Part shown: piece after piece, positions 1 through 14,575 of the stretch
Numbering within the stretch: position 1 is the first letter of the stretch
How the letters are laid out: every line of letters starts with the position of its first letter
Program-made: the position numbers and the translations under genes
The notes under the pieces: model-generated
Told to the model about the DNA's origin: nothing
What the model saw: the letters and a program-made list of their open reading frames with translations, nothing else
Database searches by the model: none
Source of the DNA: Kofleriaceae bacterium
GTDB taxonomy: Bacteria > Myxococcota_A > Polyangia > Haliangiales > Haliangiaceae
Assembly (NCBI GenBank): GCA_048500355.1
Contig: JASNYD010000006.1
Span: 608,211-665,094 of the forward strand
Direction: 5' to 3'
DNA: 56,884 nt

Positions 1-307
1 CCTCGCCGGCCAGGGTCATGACGCCGGTGTACGGCTTGCCCTTGGCGAAGTCGGCGCTCGACGCCGGCGCCTCGTACGGCCCCGGCTTCTCGATGCTCTC
101 GGCGATGTTCTTGAGCAGGACCATCGGATCGCCGAGGCCGCCGAGGCCGCCGCCGCCACCACCGCCACCGCCGCCGCCACCGCCCTCGCCGCCACCGCCC
201 CACGGGTCGGACTCGGCGCTGCCGCGGGGCACCTCCCAGTCGGGCTTCTCGTTGCCGCAGGCCGCGGCCAGCGCGGCGGCCAGCCAGACCACAGTCGTTC
301 GCGTCAT
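1..307 (-). CDS. Lipoprotein, 5' part only (ATG at ~305-307; C-terminus runs past the window start)
   Basis: Reverse-strand translation from the ATG gives MTRTTVVWLAAALAAACGNEK...: a signal peptide with an LAAAC lipobox, then a Gly-rich linker. Third-position GC is high. A GAGGT RBS lies ~6 nt upstream. The gene sits 29 nt downstream of the TPR gene on the same strand. It is absent from the ORF track only because it is open at the window edge. Confidence 0.6.
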   Translation of the reverse strand, partial: MTRTTVVWLAAALAAACGNEKPDWEVPRGSAESDPWGGGGEGGGGGGGGGGGGGLGGLGDPMVLLKNIAESIEKPGPYEAPASSADFAKGKPYTGVMTLAGE

Positions 308-336
308 GACTACCTCGCTACCTCGACGGATGTTCG

Positions 337-2157
337 TCACGGACCGGGATCGGTGCTCGGCCCGGGCGCCGGGGTGGGCTCGGGCGTGGGCTCGGGCTTG
401 TCGGGTGGTGGCTCGGTCGCGCCGGAGCCCCCGCCGCTGCCACCGCCGCTGCCGTCGTCGGGCGGCGTCGGCCCGCCGCTCTTGCCCTGGAGGCGATCGA
501 GCTGGCGCTGGGCGGCGGCGCTGCCGGGGTAGACGGCGAGGTACTTCTCGTACGCGGTGATGGCGAGATCGGCGCGGCCCTGCTGCTGGTAGGCCTCGGC
601 CACGCCCCACAGCGCCCGCTCGAAGCGCGGCGAGATGCCGAGCGCGGCGCGGAACTTGGAGTGCGCCGACGCGAACTGCTTGGCGTCGATGTGGCAGTAG
701 CCCATGCCGGTGAGCGCCTCGACGCCGTTGGGCTGGACCTCGAGGGCGCGGGTGTAGAACGCCATCGCCTGGCCGCAGTCGACCTCGGCCAGCTTGTTGG
801 CGCGCGCGAGGAGCTTGTCGTAGTCGTCGCCGGTCGCGCCGCCGCCAGTCGCGCCGCCGCCGGTCGCGCCGCCGCCGGTGCCGGGATCTTCGTCGGGCAT
901 CGGGTCGACCGCGACCGCGCCGACGCGGGCCAGGAGCGCGCGGGCACCGGCGTGTTCGGGCTGGGCGGCGAGCACGGCCTCCGCGGCGGCGCGCGCGTCG
1001 GCCTGCCGCTTCTGCAGGAACGCCACCCGCGCCAGGTGCCAGCGCGGCCGCACGTCGCCGCTGGCCTCGAGCGCGCCCTGCCCCTGATCGAGCGCGCGCA
1101 GGAGGCCGACCGCGCGGTCGTAGTCCTTGTCGCGGACGGCGACCAGCGCGTTGACCAGCCCGGCCTCGGGATCGCCGGGGGCGGCCTGGCGGGCGACGTC
1201 GAGGTAGCGGCGCAGCTCCTTGAGCGGCTTGCCCTGCAGGCGGAGCACGTCGGCCATCGCGACGTTGGCGAGCGGCTCCTGGGGCCCCGCCTTGAGCGCC
1301 TTCTGGGCCAGGCTGAGCGCGGTCAGGACGAGCTGCTTGCCCTCGCGGCGGACCTTGTCGGCGGTCCGGGTGTCGGCGGTGAGGTCGGCCTCGTCCATCA
1401 GGATCTGGACCTGGGCCGAGACCAGGCGCGCGCGCATCGCCAGCGTCGTCGCGTCGCTGCGGCCGCCCTCGGCCAGCAGGCGCTCGGCGGCAGACAGGGC
1501 CGCGCCGGAGTCGCGCGCGAGCTGGACCCGCGCCTGGTCGAGGAGATCGTCGGCGGGCGCGACCACGGCGGCGTCGACCTCGGGCGCGAGCGCCGCGCCG
1601 GCGTCGATGGCGCCCGCTGCCCCGCCGCCCGCGACCTCGGCGCCGGCGTCGACCCCGGGCGCAGCCGACGTCGCGGCCGGCGTGCGGAGCACGGTGAAGT
1701 AGACGACCCCGGCCGCCGCGCCGATGACCACCAGCGAGCCGAGCGCGATCCACAGGCCCGCGCCCTTGCGCCGCGGCGGCTCGTCGTCGGCGAAGGCGTC
1801 GAAGCTCTCGACGGCGTCGCGGCGCCCGGCGAGGCCGCCGGCGAAGGCGACGTCGTCGGTGGGGACCGGGCGGACCACGCCGCCGAAAGCGTCCCCGCCG
1901 CTCGCCCGAACCGCGCCGCGCCGCGGGCCGACGGTCTCGACGTCGTCGGCGAGCGGCTTGACCTCGTCGGAGGCCCACGCGCCGGTGGCGCGCTGATCGA
2001 TCGGCGCCAGCGGCGACGGAGCCGGCGGCGCGGGGGCCGGCGGCGCGGGAGCCGGAGCCGGCGGCGCCGGCAGCGGCGCGCTCGCCACGAGCGGCGGCGA
2101 CGCCGGCGGCGGCGCGCTCACCACGGCGGGGGCGGGCGGCGGCGGCGTGGCGGCCGG
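337..2157 (-). CDS. TPR-repeat protein, C-terminal ~600 aa: Pro-rich region, one TM helix (GLWIALGSLVVIGAAAGVVYFTVL), then TPR repeats. True start unresolved; see the frameshift finding.
   Basis: This is the C-terminal part of ORF 337..2547(-). From ~aa 130 the translation has real TPR-like content (LLARANKLAEVDCGQAMAFYTRALEVQPNGVEALTGMGYCHIDAKQF...). The first ~130 aa of the ORF are Arg-rich frame noise. Confidence 0.6.
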   Translation of the reverse strand, partial: PAATPPPPAPAVVSAPPPASPPLVASAPLPAPPAPAPAPPAPAPPAPSPLAPIDQRATGAWASDEVKPLADDVETVGPRRGAVRASGGDAFGGVVRPVPTDDVAFAGGLAGRRDAVESFDAFADDEPPRRKGAGLWIALGSLVVIGAAAGVVYFTVLRTPAATSAAPGVDAGAEVAGGGAAGAIDAGAALAPEVDAAVVAPADDLLDQARVQLARDSGAALSAAERLLAEGGRSDATTLAMRARLVSAQVQILMDEADLTADTRTADKVRREGKQLVLTALSLAQKALKAGPQEPLANVAMADVLRLQGKPLKELRRYLDVARQAAPGDPEAGLVNALVAVRDKDYDRAVGLLRALDQGQGALEASGDVRPRWHLARVAFLQKRQADARAAAEAVLAAQPEHAGARALLARVGAVAVDPMPDEDPGTGGGATGGGATGGGATGDDYDKLLARANKLAEVDCGQAMAFYTRALEVQPNGVEALTGMGYCHIDAKQFASAHSKFRAALGISPRFERALWGVAEAYQQQGRADLAITAYEKYLAVYPGSAAAQRQLDRLQGKSGGPTPPDDGSGGGSGGGSGATEPPPDKPEPTPEPTPAPGPSTDPGP

Positions 2158-2876
2158 GCGCGCAGCGCGGGCGCCGGCGGTGCGGCGGCCGGGCGCGGCG
2201 GCGGCGGCGGCGTGGCGGTGGCCGGGCGGGCGGGGGCGACCGCCGGGCCGGTGGTGGTGGCGCGTGGCGCCGGCGGCGGCGCGGCGTGGCGACCGGTGCC
2301 GGTGCCGCGCACCGGCTCGACGACGGTCTCGCGCTCGGGCGCCGGCGGCCCGCCGCGCGGCGGCGTGATCTGGCCCGACTCGCGCTGCGCCCGCACGTCG
2401 CGCGCCTCGTCGGCGACCACGAAGAACGACGACAGCTCGGCGATGTCGCCGAGGCGCTTCCAGGTCTTGCCGCTGCGCGAGATCATCGACTCGCGCGACA
2501 CCAGGCCGGTGATGATCCACTGCTGGAGGATGCCGAGCTCGCGGCACTGACGGGTCTCGCCGTTGTCGAGGCGGAGGATCCAGTTGCGCTCACCCTCGCC
2601 GCCGGTGACCGGCCCCGAGCCGGTCTGCGCCCGCGGCTGCGGCACGCCGTGGGCCGGGGTCGGCCCGCGCGGCGCGGGCGCCGTCGGGGCCCGCGGAGGC
2701 GGTGGCGCCGAGGCGGTGCCGGCGCGCACCACGGGGATCCCGCCCTGGGTCGGCGACCGCTTGCGGATCTTGAACATGTGACCGCACGTCGTGCACTTGA
2801 CGGTCACGCCACCGGGCTTGAGCCGGGCCTCGTCCAGCTCGTACTCGGTGTTGCACTTCTCGCAGCGGACGTCCAT
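2118..2876 (-). CDS. MJ0042-type zinc-ribbon plus GYF/DUF4339-like domain protein with Pro-rich C-terminus; probably the N-terminal part of one gene with the downstream TPR segment
   Basis: MDVRCEKCNTEYELDE...VKCTTCGHMF is a CxxC...CxxC zinc ribbon. WILRLDNGETRQCRELGILQQWIITGLV is GYF-like. The ORF ends inside CCG-rich Pro codons and overlaps the TPR frame at 2118-2160. Confidence 0.6.
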   Translation of the reverse strand: MDVRCEKCNTEYELDEARLKPGGVTVKCTTCGHMFKIRKRSPTQGGIPVVRAGTASAPPPPRAPTAPAPRGPTPAHGVPQPRAQTGSGPVTGGEGERNWILRLDNGETRQCRELGILQQWIITGLVSRESMISRSGKTWKRLGDIAELSSFFVVADEARDVRAQRESGQITPPRGGPPAPERETVVEPVRGTGTGRHAAPPPAPRATTTGPAVAPARPATATPPPPPRPAAAPPAPALRARPPRRRRPPPPW

Positions 2877-2969
2877 CGACCCGCCCTAGCAGTAGCACGG
2901 CACCGGACCCATTTCTATGGACCGACCCCGCCGTGCCCGACGAGGTCCCGCTCTGGTAGGATCGTGGTG

Positions 2970-3338
2970 ATGGGCTCACCCGAGACGCCGCGTGACGGCG
3001 AGCGCGTGCAGGTCGACGCGTTCGTGAGGGCCGCCTCGGGCGGCCACGAGCTGGTCTTCCGCACCCGCGATCTCTCGCGCTCGGGCCTCTTCCTCTACAC
3101 GAAGGTCGCCCACTCCTATCCGTTCCGCCCCGGCTCGCGCCTCCACATCGAGCTGTTCGACTACGACCAGAGCATCGCGCTCGACGTGGTGGTCGCGCGC
3201 GTCGTCGAGCCCGGGAGCCCGGAGGCCGACTCGTTTCCGACCGGCTTCGGCGTGCGCATCCTGGACACCGACGCCCCGACCCAGGCCCGCCTCGAGGCCC
3301 TCATCGAGCGCATCCGTGCCGGTGGCGGACCGTACTGA
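2970..3338 (+). CDS. PilZ domain protein (c-di-GMP-binding type)
   Basis: From the internal ATG at 2970 the protein reads MGSPETPRDGERVQVD...RTRDLSRSGLFLYT. It carries the RxxxR (RDGER) and DxSxxG (DLSRSG) PilZ motifs. It is in frame with ORF 2286..3338, whose upstream part is noise. Confidence 0.75.
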   Translation: MGSPETPRDGERVQVDAFVRAASGGHELVFRTRDLSRSGLFLYTKVAHSYPFRPGSRLHIELFDYDQSIALDVVVARVVEPGSPEADSFPTGFGVRILDTDAPTQARLEALIERIRAGGGPY

Positions 3339-3360
3339 CCGTGGGGCGGTGTAACCGGGG

Positions 3361-3376
3361 TTCCTACATGTAGGAA
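3361..3376. promoter_or_regulatory. Perfect 16-bp palindrome TTCCTACATGTAGGAA in a 240-bp convergent intergenic region
   Basis: Low-GC palindrome flanked by GGGG/CCC. It lies between the 3' ends of the PilZ and HEAT genes. Confidence 0.3.
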
Positions 3377-3577
3377 GTCCCGCCATGACGCGGGTTTGGC
3401 GCTGTCCTACCCACCCGGCCCCGGCTGTGGACAAGATGTGAAACGTGCGTGGACCGTGGCCGGTCCCCTGTGGATCGGCCAGCGCCTGTCAGGTCCACTC
3501 CCGGGCCGGGTGTGGAGGTCCGAAGCGGGTTCCGGGGCGGATGTCCGGAGGATGTCCGGAGCGGCGCAGCCTCCGCC

Positions 3578-5416
3578 TCAGTCGTCCAGGTAGCCGGTCA
3601 GCTTGAGCTTGTTGCGGGCGGACTTGGCCAGCTTGGAGCGCGGCCGCTCGTCGATGATGCCCTGGAGCAGCTCCGCCCCCAGCTCCTTGCCGCTCTCCTC
3701 GGGCGACTCGAGCAGGCGGAAGCCGAGGCCGTAGAGCTCCGCGTCGTCGACGTCCTTCTCGCGCGCCAGCTTCCCGGCCACCGGGTAGCCCTTGGCCGCC
3801 AGGCGCCCGAACTGCTCGAGCACCGGGTCGTCGGCGTGGGAGGCGCGCAGGATGCCCTGGCCCATGGCGTTGAGGCCGAGCACGGCCAGGAAGAAGCGCG
3901 CGTCGTCGTCGATCACGGCGTCGAGGTCGGCGCGGCTGCGCAGGAGCGGCTTGAGCGCGGCGAAGGCCTCGATGGGCTTGCCGGCCTTGCGCAGGCGGCG
4001 CGCGCGCTCGAACAGCAGCTCGACGTGCTTCTGGGGCGCGACGTCGGCGATCACCTCGGTCAGGATGCGCTCGAGGAGGATCGAGTCGGCGCTCGCCTTG
4101 CCGCGGGCGTGGCGCTCGAGGTGCTCGTGGGCCGCCGCCGCCAGCTCGTCGAGGGCGGTGCTCGAGACGTGCCCGCGGTGCGAGCGCAGGGCGCCGGCGT
4201 AGCGGCGCGCGACGTGCTCGTCGGTGGCGGCGAGCAGCGCGCGCACCAGCGGCAGCACCGCCTCGGGAGCCTTGGCCAGGCCGCGCGCCGCGGCGTCGCG
4301 CGCGGTGACGTCGTCGCCGCCGAGGGCGTCGATGAGGGCCTTGACCGCGCCGGCGCCGCCGCCGGCCGGCAGCCGCTCCATCGCCAGCTTCTGCGCCGCC
4401 GGGTTCTTCGAGCGGGCGAGCGCGGCGAACGGCCGCGCCAGCTTCTCGGGGATGCGCGCGCCGCGCAGGGTGTCGATCGCGGCCTGCGCGATGCCGAGGT
4501 CGTCGCCGTCGGCGTACTCGATGAGCGCCTCGATCGCGGTCTCGGTGCCGCGGGCCTCGCTGGCGGCGACGATCCGGCGCAGCGCGGCGATGGCGGCGAA
4601 GCGCACCGGCCGCGGCCGCCCCTCGGCCGACTGCGCGACCAGCAGGCCCTGCGAGGCCGGACGGGCCAGGTAGCCGAGCAGCCGCAGGAGCGCGGTGTGC
4701 TCGGCGAGGATCGGCGCCACCGACGGATCGCGGGTGGGGTCGAAGGCGGGCGCGGCGGCGCCGTCGCCGGCGGCGGCCTTGCCCTTGCGCGCCGCCTTGC
4801 CCTTGCCCTGGCCCGGCGCCTTGCCGGCGGCGGCCTTGCCGTGCTCCTTCTCGACGCGGGTCAGCTCCTTGTCGAGGCGCTTGCCGGCGTCGCCGACCCG
4901 CGCGGTCGCGGCCTTGAAGACCAGGTCGGCGAGCTTGTCGTCGCCGGCGTCGAGCTCGTGGCGGACGAGCTGCAGCACCTGCTCGCCGAGCTCGGGATCG
5001 CCGAGCTGATCGAGCAGCGCCTCGAGGGCGCTGGTGGTGCCGCGGCGGAGCAGGAGCTGCGCGATGGCGCGGCGCGCGCCGACCGGACCGTGGCCCAGCT
5101 CCTTGCGCAGCGAGCCCTCGGCCGACGAGCCCTGGGCCGCCAGCACCTGGGCGGCGCGCTCGGCCAGGGCCTCGTCGTCGCCCTTGAGGATGGCGACCAG
5201 GTGCGGCGCGATGCCGGTGGCGCCCTGCGCCACCAGCCCCTCGAGGGCGATGCGGCGGACCATGCCGTCGCCGTCCTGGAGCCGCGCCACCAGCCCCTTC
5301 TGCACGGTGGCGTCACCGTCGCCGACCGCGGCCAGGACGGTGGCGGCGGCGGCCCGCAGATCGACGCGATCGTGCTCGAGGAGCCCGATCACCTGCGCTC
5401 CCAGGTTCTTGCCCAT
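3578..5416 (-). CDS. HEAT/armadillo-repeat protein (613 aa)
   Basis: The start is set at the internal ATG (aa 74 of ORF 3578..5635) because GAAGGGGGA lies 6 nt upstream. The protein has repeated helical units of the ...ALEALIEYADGDDLGIAQAAIDTLRG... kind. There is no TM segment and no signal peptide. Confidence 0.75.
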   Translation of the reverse strand: MGKNLGAQVIGLLEHDRVDLRAAAATVLAAVGDGDATVQKGLVARLQDGDGMVRRIALEGLVAQGATGIAPHLVAILKGDDEALAERAAQVLAAQGSSAEGSLRKELGHGPVGARRAIAQLLLRRGTTSALEALLDQLGDPELGEQVLQLVRHELDAGDDKLADLVFKAATARVGDAGKRLDKELTRVEKEHGKAAAGKAPGQGKGKAARKGKAAAGDGAAAPAFDPTRDPSVAPILAEHTALLRLLGYLARPASQGLLVAQSAEGRPRPVRFAAIAALRRIVAASEARGTETAIEALIEYADGDDLGIAQAAIDTLRGARIPEKLARPFAALARSKNPAAQKLAMERLPAGGGAGAVKALIDALGGDDVTARDAAARGLAKAPEAVLPLVRALLAATDEHVARRYAGALRSHRGHVSSTALDELAAAAHEHLERHARGKASADSILLERILTEVIADVAPQKHVELLFERARRLRKAGKPIEAFAALKPLLRSRADLDAVIDDDARFFLAVLGLNAMGQGILRASHADDPVLEQFGRLAAKGYPVAGKLAREKDVDDAELYGLGFRLLESPEESGKELGAELLQGIIDERPRSKLAKSARNKLKLTGYLDD

Positions 5417-5667
5417 GATGCATCCCCCTTCGGGATGGCGAAACGTAGGGCGGCTTCCCCGGCTTGTAAAGAGATCGCGAATCATCTCGCCCGTCTGGCC
5501 CCGCTGGCGCGCCGTCTCTCGCTGCGGTCCGGCGCCGGGACACCTCCCCGGTCCACCTCCGCTCCGGACCGGTCCATCTCCGGGATCCCCGGGGGGAGAT
5601 CGGCCGTCGATCCAGCGTATTCTGAGGCGAGCCACTGCCAGCCGAACGAGCCCCGGAGGATCCTCCC

Positions 5668-6369
5668 ATGTCGAGCGCCAAGGACTTCACCATCGCCCCC
5701 CAGGCCGAGCTCCAGCCCTGGGCCGAGCAGGCCCTGAAGGAGCAGGAGGCGGCGCCCCCCGCCAGCGAGCAGCGCGCCCAGGATCCCGCCGCCAACGACG
5801 TGCTGCTCTTCCAGCTCCCGATGCTCGCCGCCGGCGACGCCGAGGGGCTCGCCGATCTGCTCGAGCGCCACCCCGATCTGCACGAGCAGATCCTGCAGGC
5901 GGCGGCGGGCTTCCTCGGCAACGACACCGTGGTCCGCGCCCTCGACGTGCTCAAGCGCCGCGCGGCGCAGCCGCACGAGGAGCCGAAGGAGGAGCTGACG
6001 CCGCCGGCGGTCGTCGCCGAGCAGGCCGCCGAGGCCACCCCGGCCGGCACCACCGAGTCGGCGCCGGCGCCCGCGCCGACCGAGCAGGCCGAGGACAAGG
6101 TCGAGCCGGGCTGGGTGGTGCGCGCGCGCGCCTACAACGCCAACCACCCCGACGAGGTGTGGATGTTCAACATGGCCACCGGCTTCGCGTGCCGTGGCGC
6201 CGACGGCGCGCCCGACCCCAACGCCGTCGCCAACTGGCAGCACAACCACGGCCTCAAGCCCGACGGCCGCATCGGCAAGCAGACCGCCGAGCGCGCGTGG
6301 ACGCTGATGCCGGTCGAGAAGGCGCCCGAGCCCGAGGCCGCGCCCGCCGAGGCTCCGCCACCGGCCTAG
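5668..6369 (+). CDS. Hypothetical acidic protein with C-terminal peptidoglycan-binding-like (PG_binding_1-type) motif
   Basis: A GGAGGA RBS precedes the ATG. The C-terminal ANWQHNHGLKPDGRIGKQTAERAW resembles the LxxxGxxxDGxxGxxT PG-binding signature. No signal peptide is seen. Confidence 0.55.
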   Translation: MSSAKDFTIAPQAELQPWAEQALKEQEAAPPASEQRAQDPAANDVLLFQLPMLAAGDAEGLADLLERHPDLHEQILQAAAGFLGNDTVVRALDVLKRRAAQPHEEPKEELTPPAVVAEQAAEATPAGTTESAPAPAPTEQAEDKVEPGWVVRARAYNANHPDEVWMFNMATGFACRGADGAPDPNAVANWQHNHGLKPDGRIGKQTAERAWTLMPVEKAPEPEAAPAEAPPPA

Positions 6370-6409
6370 CCGCGCGTGGCCGCGCCTGGCCGGCGCGCGG
6401 CTCGAGGGC

Positions 6410-8512
<2,103 letters not shown>

Positions 8513-8537
8513 GGCGGTCAGGCTAGCACGGGGCCGC

Positions 8538-9325
8538 TCACACGAACTCGCGGCGCTGGAAGATCACGCACGACAGGACCAGCAGCGCCGCGATCCACAG
8601 CAGGCCGTGGCCGGCGGCTGACGCCACGTAGCCCCACGACACGAAGTCGCCGTGCACGGTGACGTGCTCGCCGTCGACCGCCCGCCCCGACACCGCGAAC
8701 AGGTGGAGGTCGGGGACGATCTCGAGCGTGGTGCGGGCGACGGTGCGGATCCACGGCGCGTCGGCGCCGGCGGCGGCGTTGCGCAGGTCGGGGGTGACGC
8801 GCCCGATCACGAACAGGGCGAGGGCGAAGATGCCCGACAGGAACGGGCTCGAGAACGACGAGAAGAAGACCGCGATCGCGGCCACGGTCAGGACCTCGCA
8901 CCAGGCCAGGACCACCGCCTTGCCGACCGCCGCCGACACCGCCACCCCCTGCGAGGCCAGGAGCAGGGCCATCGCCACCGCGAACAGCGCGACCAGCACC
9001 GACAGGACGAGCGCCATCCCCAGGTACTTGCCGACGACGAACTCGGCGCGGGCGATGGGCTTGGAGATGATGGCGTAGATCGTGCGGCGCTGGACCTCGC
9101 TGAAGAGCAGGAACACGCCGAGGAAGATCGCGGTGAGCGCGCCGAACAGCGAGATGCCGGCCAGCCCGATGTCGCGCGCCACCCGGGCCTGCTCGTGGAT
9201 CGACATCTCGCCGAGGACGATGGCCAGGAGGTTGGCGCCGACCACCAGCACCAGGATGCCGTACAGCACCCGGATGCGCGCCGCCTCGCGGAAGGTGTTG
9301 AGGGCGATCGCCCACAGCCGGCCGA

Positions 9326-9329
<4 letters not shown>
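8538..9329 (-). CDS. ABC-2 type transporter permease
   Basis: Six predicted TM helices. The start overlaps the stop of the upstream ATPase gene by 4 nt. Confidence 0.8.
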
Positions 9330-10354
<1,025 letters not shown>

Positions 10355-10361
10355 CGCGGGA

Positions 10362-11213
10362 TCAGGGGTAGCGGCCCTGGATGCCGACGCCGAACTCGAG
10401 GCCGGCCTCGAGCCAGCGGCGGAAGGCCAGCTCCTCGCCGAAGAAGACGTAGGCGCCGTAGGCGTCGTGGAAGTCGACGAACAGGCCGTTGGCGTTGCGG
10501 AGGGCGACGTCGACGCCGCGGCCGGCGCCGCTGGCGTCCTGGTAGCCGGTGGCGTCGAGCGCGACCTGCACCGTCGAGAAGAACTTGAGGACGCCGCGCT
10601 CGCTGAAGTAGAGGCGCACGCCGGGCGAGTAGTGACGGAGGCGCGGGCCCTCGCCGCTGGCGGCGGTGGCCCCGAAGTCGCGCTCGAGGCCGAAGCGCAG
10701 CTCGAGCATGAGCTCGAGGTGGGCGGTCAGGCCGTAGCTGAGGGTGAGATCGAGGGCGACCGGCACCCGCCCGAAGCAGTAGGTGGCGTTGCCGGTGGCG
10801 CTCTCGCCGCGATCGCCGCAGAAGTCGGCGGCGTCCCAGGTCTTGATGAACCGGCTGCCCGAGACGACCTGGGCCGAGACGCCGAGCTGGCCCTTGTGGC
10901 CGTCGCGGGTCGCGCCCACCGGCTGAGCGCCCGTCTCCGACGGCACCTCGCTCGCCCGGCGCGCGCCGTCGTCGCCGTCGTCGCCGCCGTCGTCGTCGGC
11001 GCCGGCGCCGGGCTCGACCACCGGCGCCAGCTCGCCGGGACCGGCGGCGGCGGGCGCGGTCAGCGCGGGGAGCGCGATCAGGGCCAGCGCCGCGAGCGCG
11101 GCCAGCGTCCCGGGCGCGGCCAGCGTCCCGGGCGCGGCGGCGGCGGCGGACGCGGTGCGCGCGGTCGGCCGGCCAGGGTCGGCGCCGGGGCGCCAGGCCA
11201 CGGACGTTCTCAT
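10362..11213 (-). CDS. Hypothetical secreted beta-rich protein (possible outer-membrane beta-barrel); start uncertain
   Basis: A long Ala/Leu signal-like N-terminus is encoded over a short tandem DNA repeat (APGTLAAPGTLAALAALA). The C-terminal half has alternating hydrophobic strands (LDLTLSYGLTAHLELMLELRFGL) and ends ...GVGIQGRYP. It is the first gene of the ABC/AAA operon on the minus strand. Confidence 0.5.
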   Translation of the reverse strand: MRTSVAWRPGADPGRPTARTASAAAAAPGTLAAPGTLAALAALALIALPALTAPAAAGPGELAPVVEPGAGADDDGGDDGDDGARRASEVPSETGAQPVGATRDGHKGQLGVSAQVVSGSRFIKTWDAADFCGDRGESATGNATYCFGRVPVALDLTLSYGLTAHLELMLELRFGLERDFGATAASGEGPRLRHYSPGVRLYFSERGVLKFFSTVQVALDATGYQDASGAGRGVDVALRNANGLFVDFHDAYGAYVFFGEELAFRRWLEAGLEFGVGIQGRYP

Positions 11214-11251
11214 CGGCCGCTACCGTATCATGGGCCTGCTATCTTCGTGGC

Positions 11252-12067
11252 GTGACGACGCGCCGCCGCATGCTCGCCGCCGCCCTCGCGGCCGGGACCG
11301 GGATGATCCTGGGCCGGCCGCGCGGCGCGCGCGCCATCGGCCCCGGGTCGCGCTTCCGGTTCGGCCAGCTGGTGCTGGCCCGCGATCAGCCGCCGCGGCC
11401 GGCCGCCCTGCGCCGGCTCCTGTGGGAGCTCGACAAGCGGACCTCGATCGAGGTCGACCTCGAGTCGCCGCTGGTCACCCTCGACTCGCCGCGGCTGCAC
11501 GAGACCCCGGTGCTGTACCTGGCCGGCGACCGCGAGTTCGCGCTGCCCAGCCCGGCGGCGGTCGGCGCGCTGCGTCGCTTCCTCGCCTTCGGCGGCTTCC
11601 TGCTCGTCGACTCGGCCGAGGGCTCGACCGACGGCGCCTTCGACAAGTCGGTGCGGGCGCTGGTCGACGTCCTCTACCCGCGGCCGGCGGCCGGCCTCGA
11701 GCTGGTCCCGGCCGACCACGTCGTCTACAAGTCGTTCTACCTCCTCGACCGGCCGCTCGGGCGGCTGGCGCTGTCGCCGGTGATGGAGGGCGTGACCCGG
11801 GGTGGTCGGCTGGTCATCGCCTACGTCCAGAACGATCTCGGCGGCGCGTGGGTGCGCGACAACCTCGGCAACTACGAGCTGGCCTGCCTGCCTGGCGGCG
11901 AGCGGCAGCGCGAGCTGGCGTTCCGCATGGGCGTCAACCTGGCGATGTACGCGCTGTGCCTCGACTACAAGACCGATCAGGTCCACGTGCCCTTCATCAT
12001 GCGGCGGCGGCGGTGGCGCCCCGACGACGGCGCGGTGGTGCCCGGGTCCGGGTCCGGATCCAGGTGA
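11252..12067 (+). CDS. DUF4159-like protein with Tat-type signal (MTTRRRMLAAALAAGTG)
   Basis: Twin-Arg signal peptide. The composition and length fit the DUF4159 family that pairs with BatA-like genes. The stop lies 4 nt before the next gene's GTG. Confidence 0.65.
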   Translation: MTTRRRMLAAALAAGTGMILGRPRGARAIGPGSRFRFGQLVLARDQPPRPAALRRLLWELDKRTSIEVDLESPLVTLDSPRLHETPVLYLAGDREFALPSPAAVGALRRFLAFGGFLLVDSAEGSTDGAFDKSVRALVDVLYPRPAAGLELVPADHVVYKSFYLLDRPLGRLALSPVMEGVTRGGRLVIAYVQNDLGGAWVRDNLGNYELACLPGGERQRELAFRMGVNLAMYALCLDYKTDQVHVPFIMRRRRWRPDDGAVVPGSGSGSR

Positions 12068-12071
12068 GACC

Positions 12072-14564
<2,493 letters not shown>

Positions 14565-14575
14565 GAACGGGCGAG

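Noticed and set aside
3449-5737. 762-aa plus-strand ORF
   Set aside because: It is antisense to the HEAT-repeat gene, and its Arg/Gly/Ala-rich, low-complexity translation is typical of out-of-frame GC-rich DNA. The same reasoning rejects 661..2550(+), 6707..8662(+), 28500..31319(+), 34951..39180(+), 39199..41544(+), 47050..50775(-), 11997..14357(-), 21697..25464(+) and 52624..54951(+).
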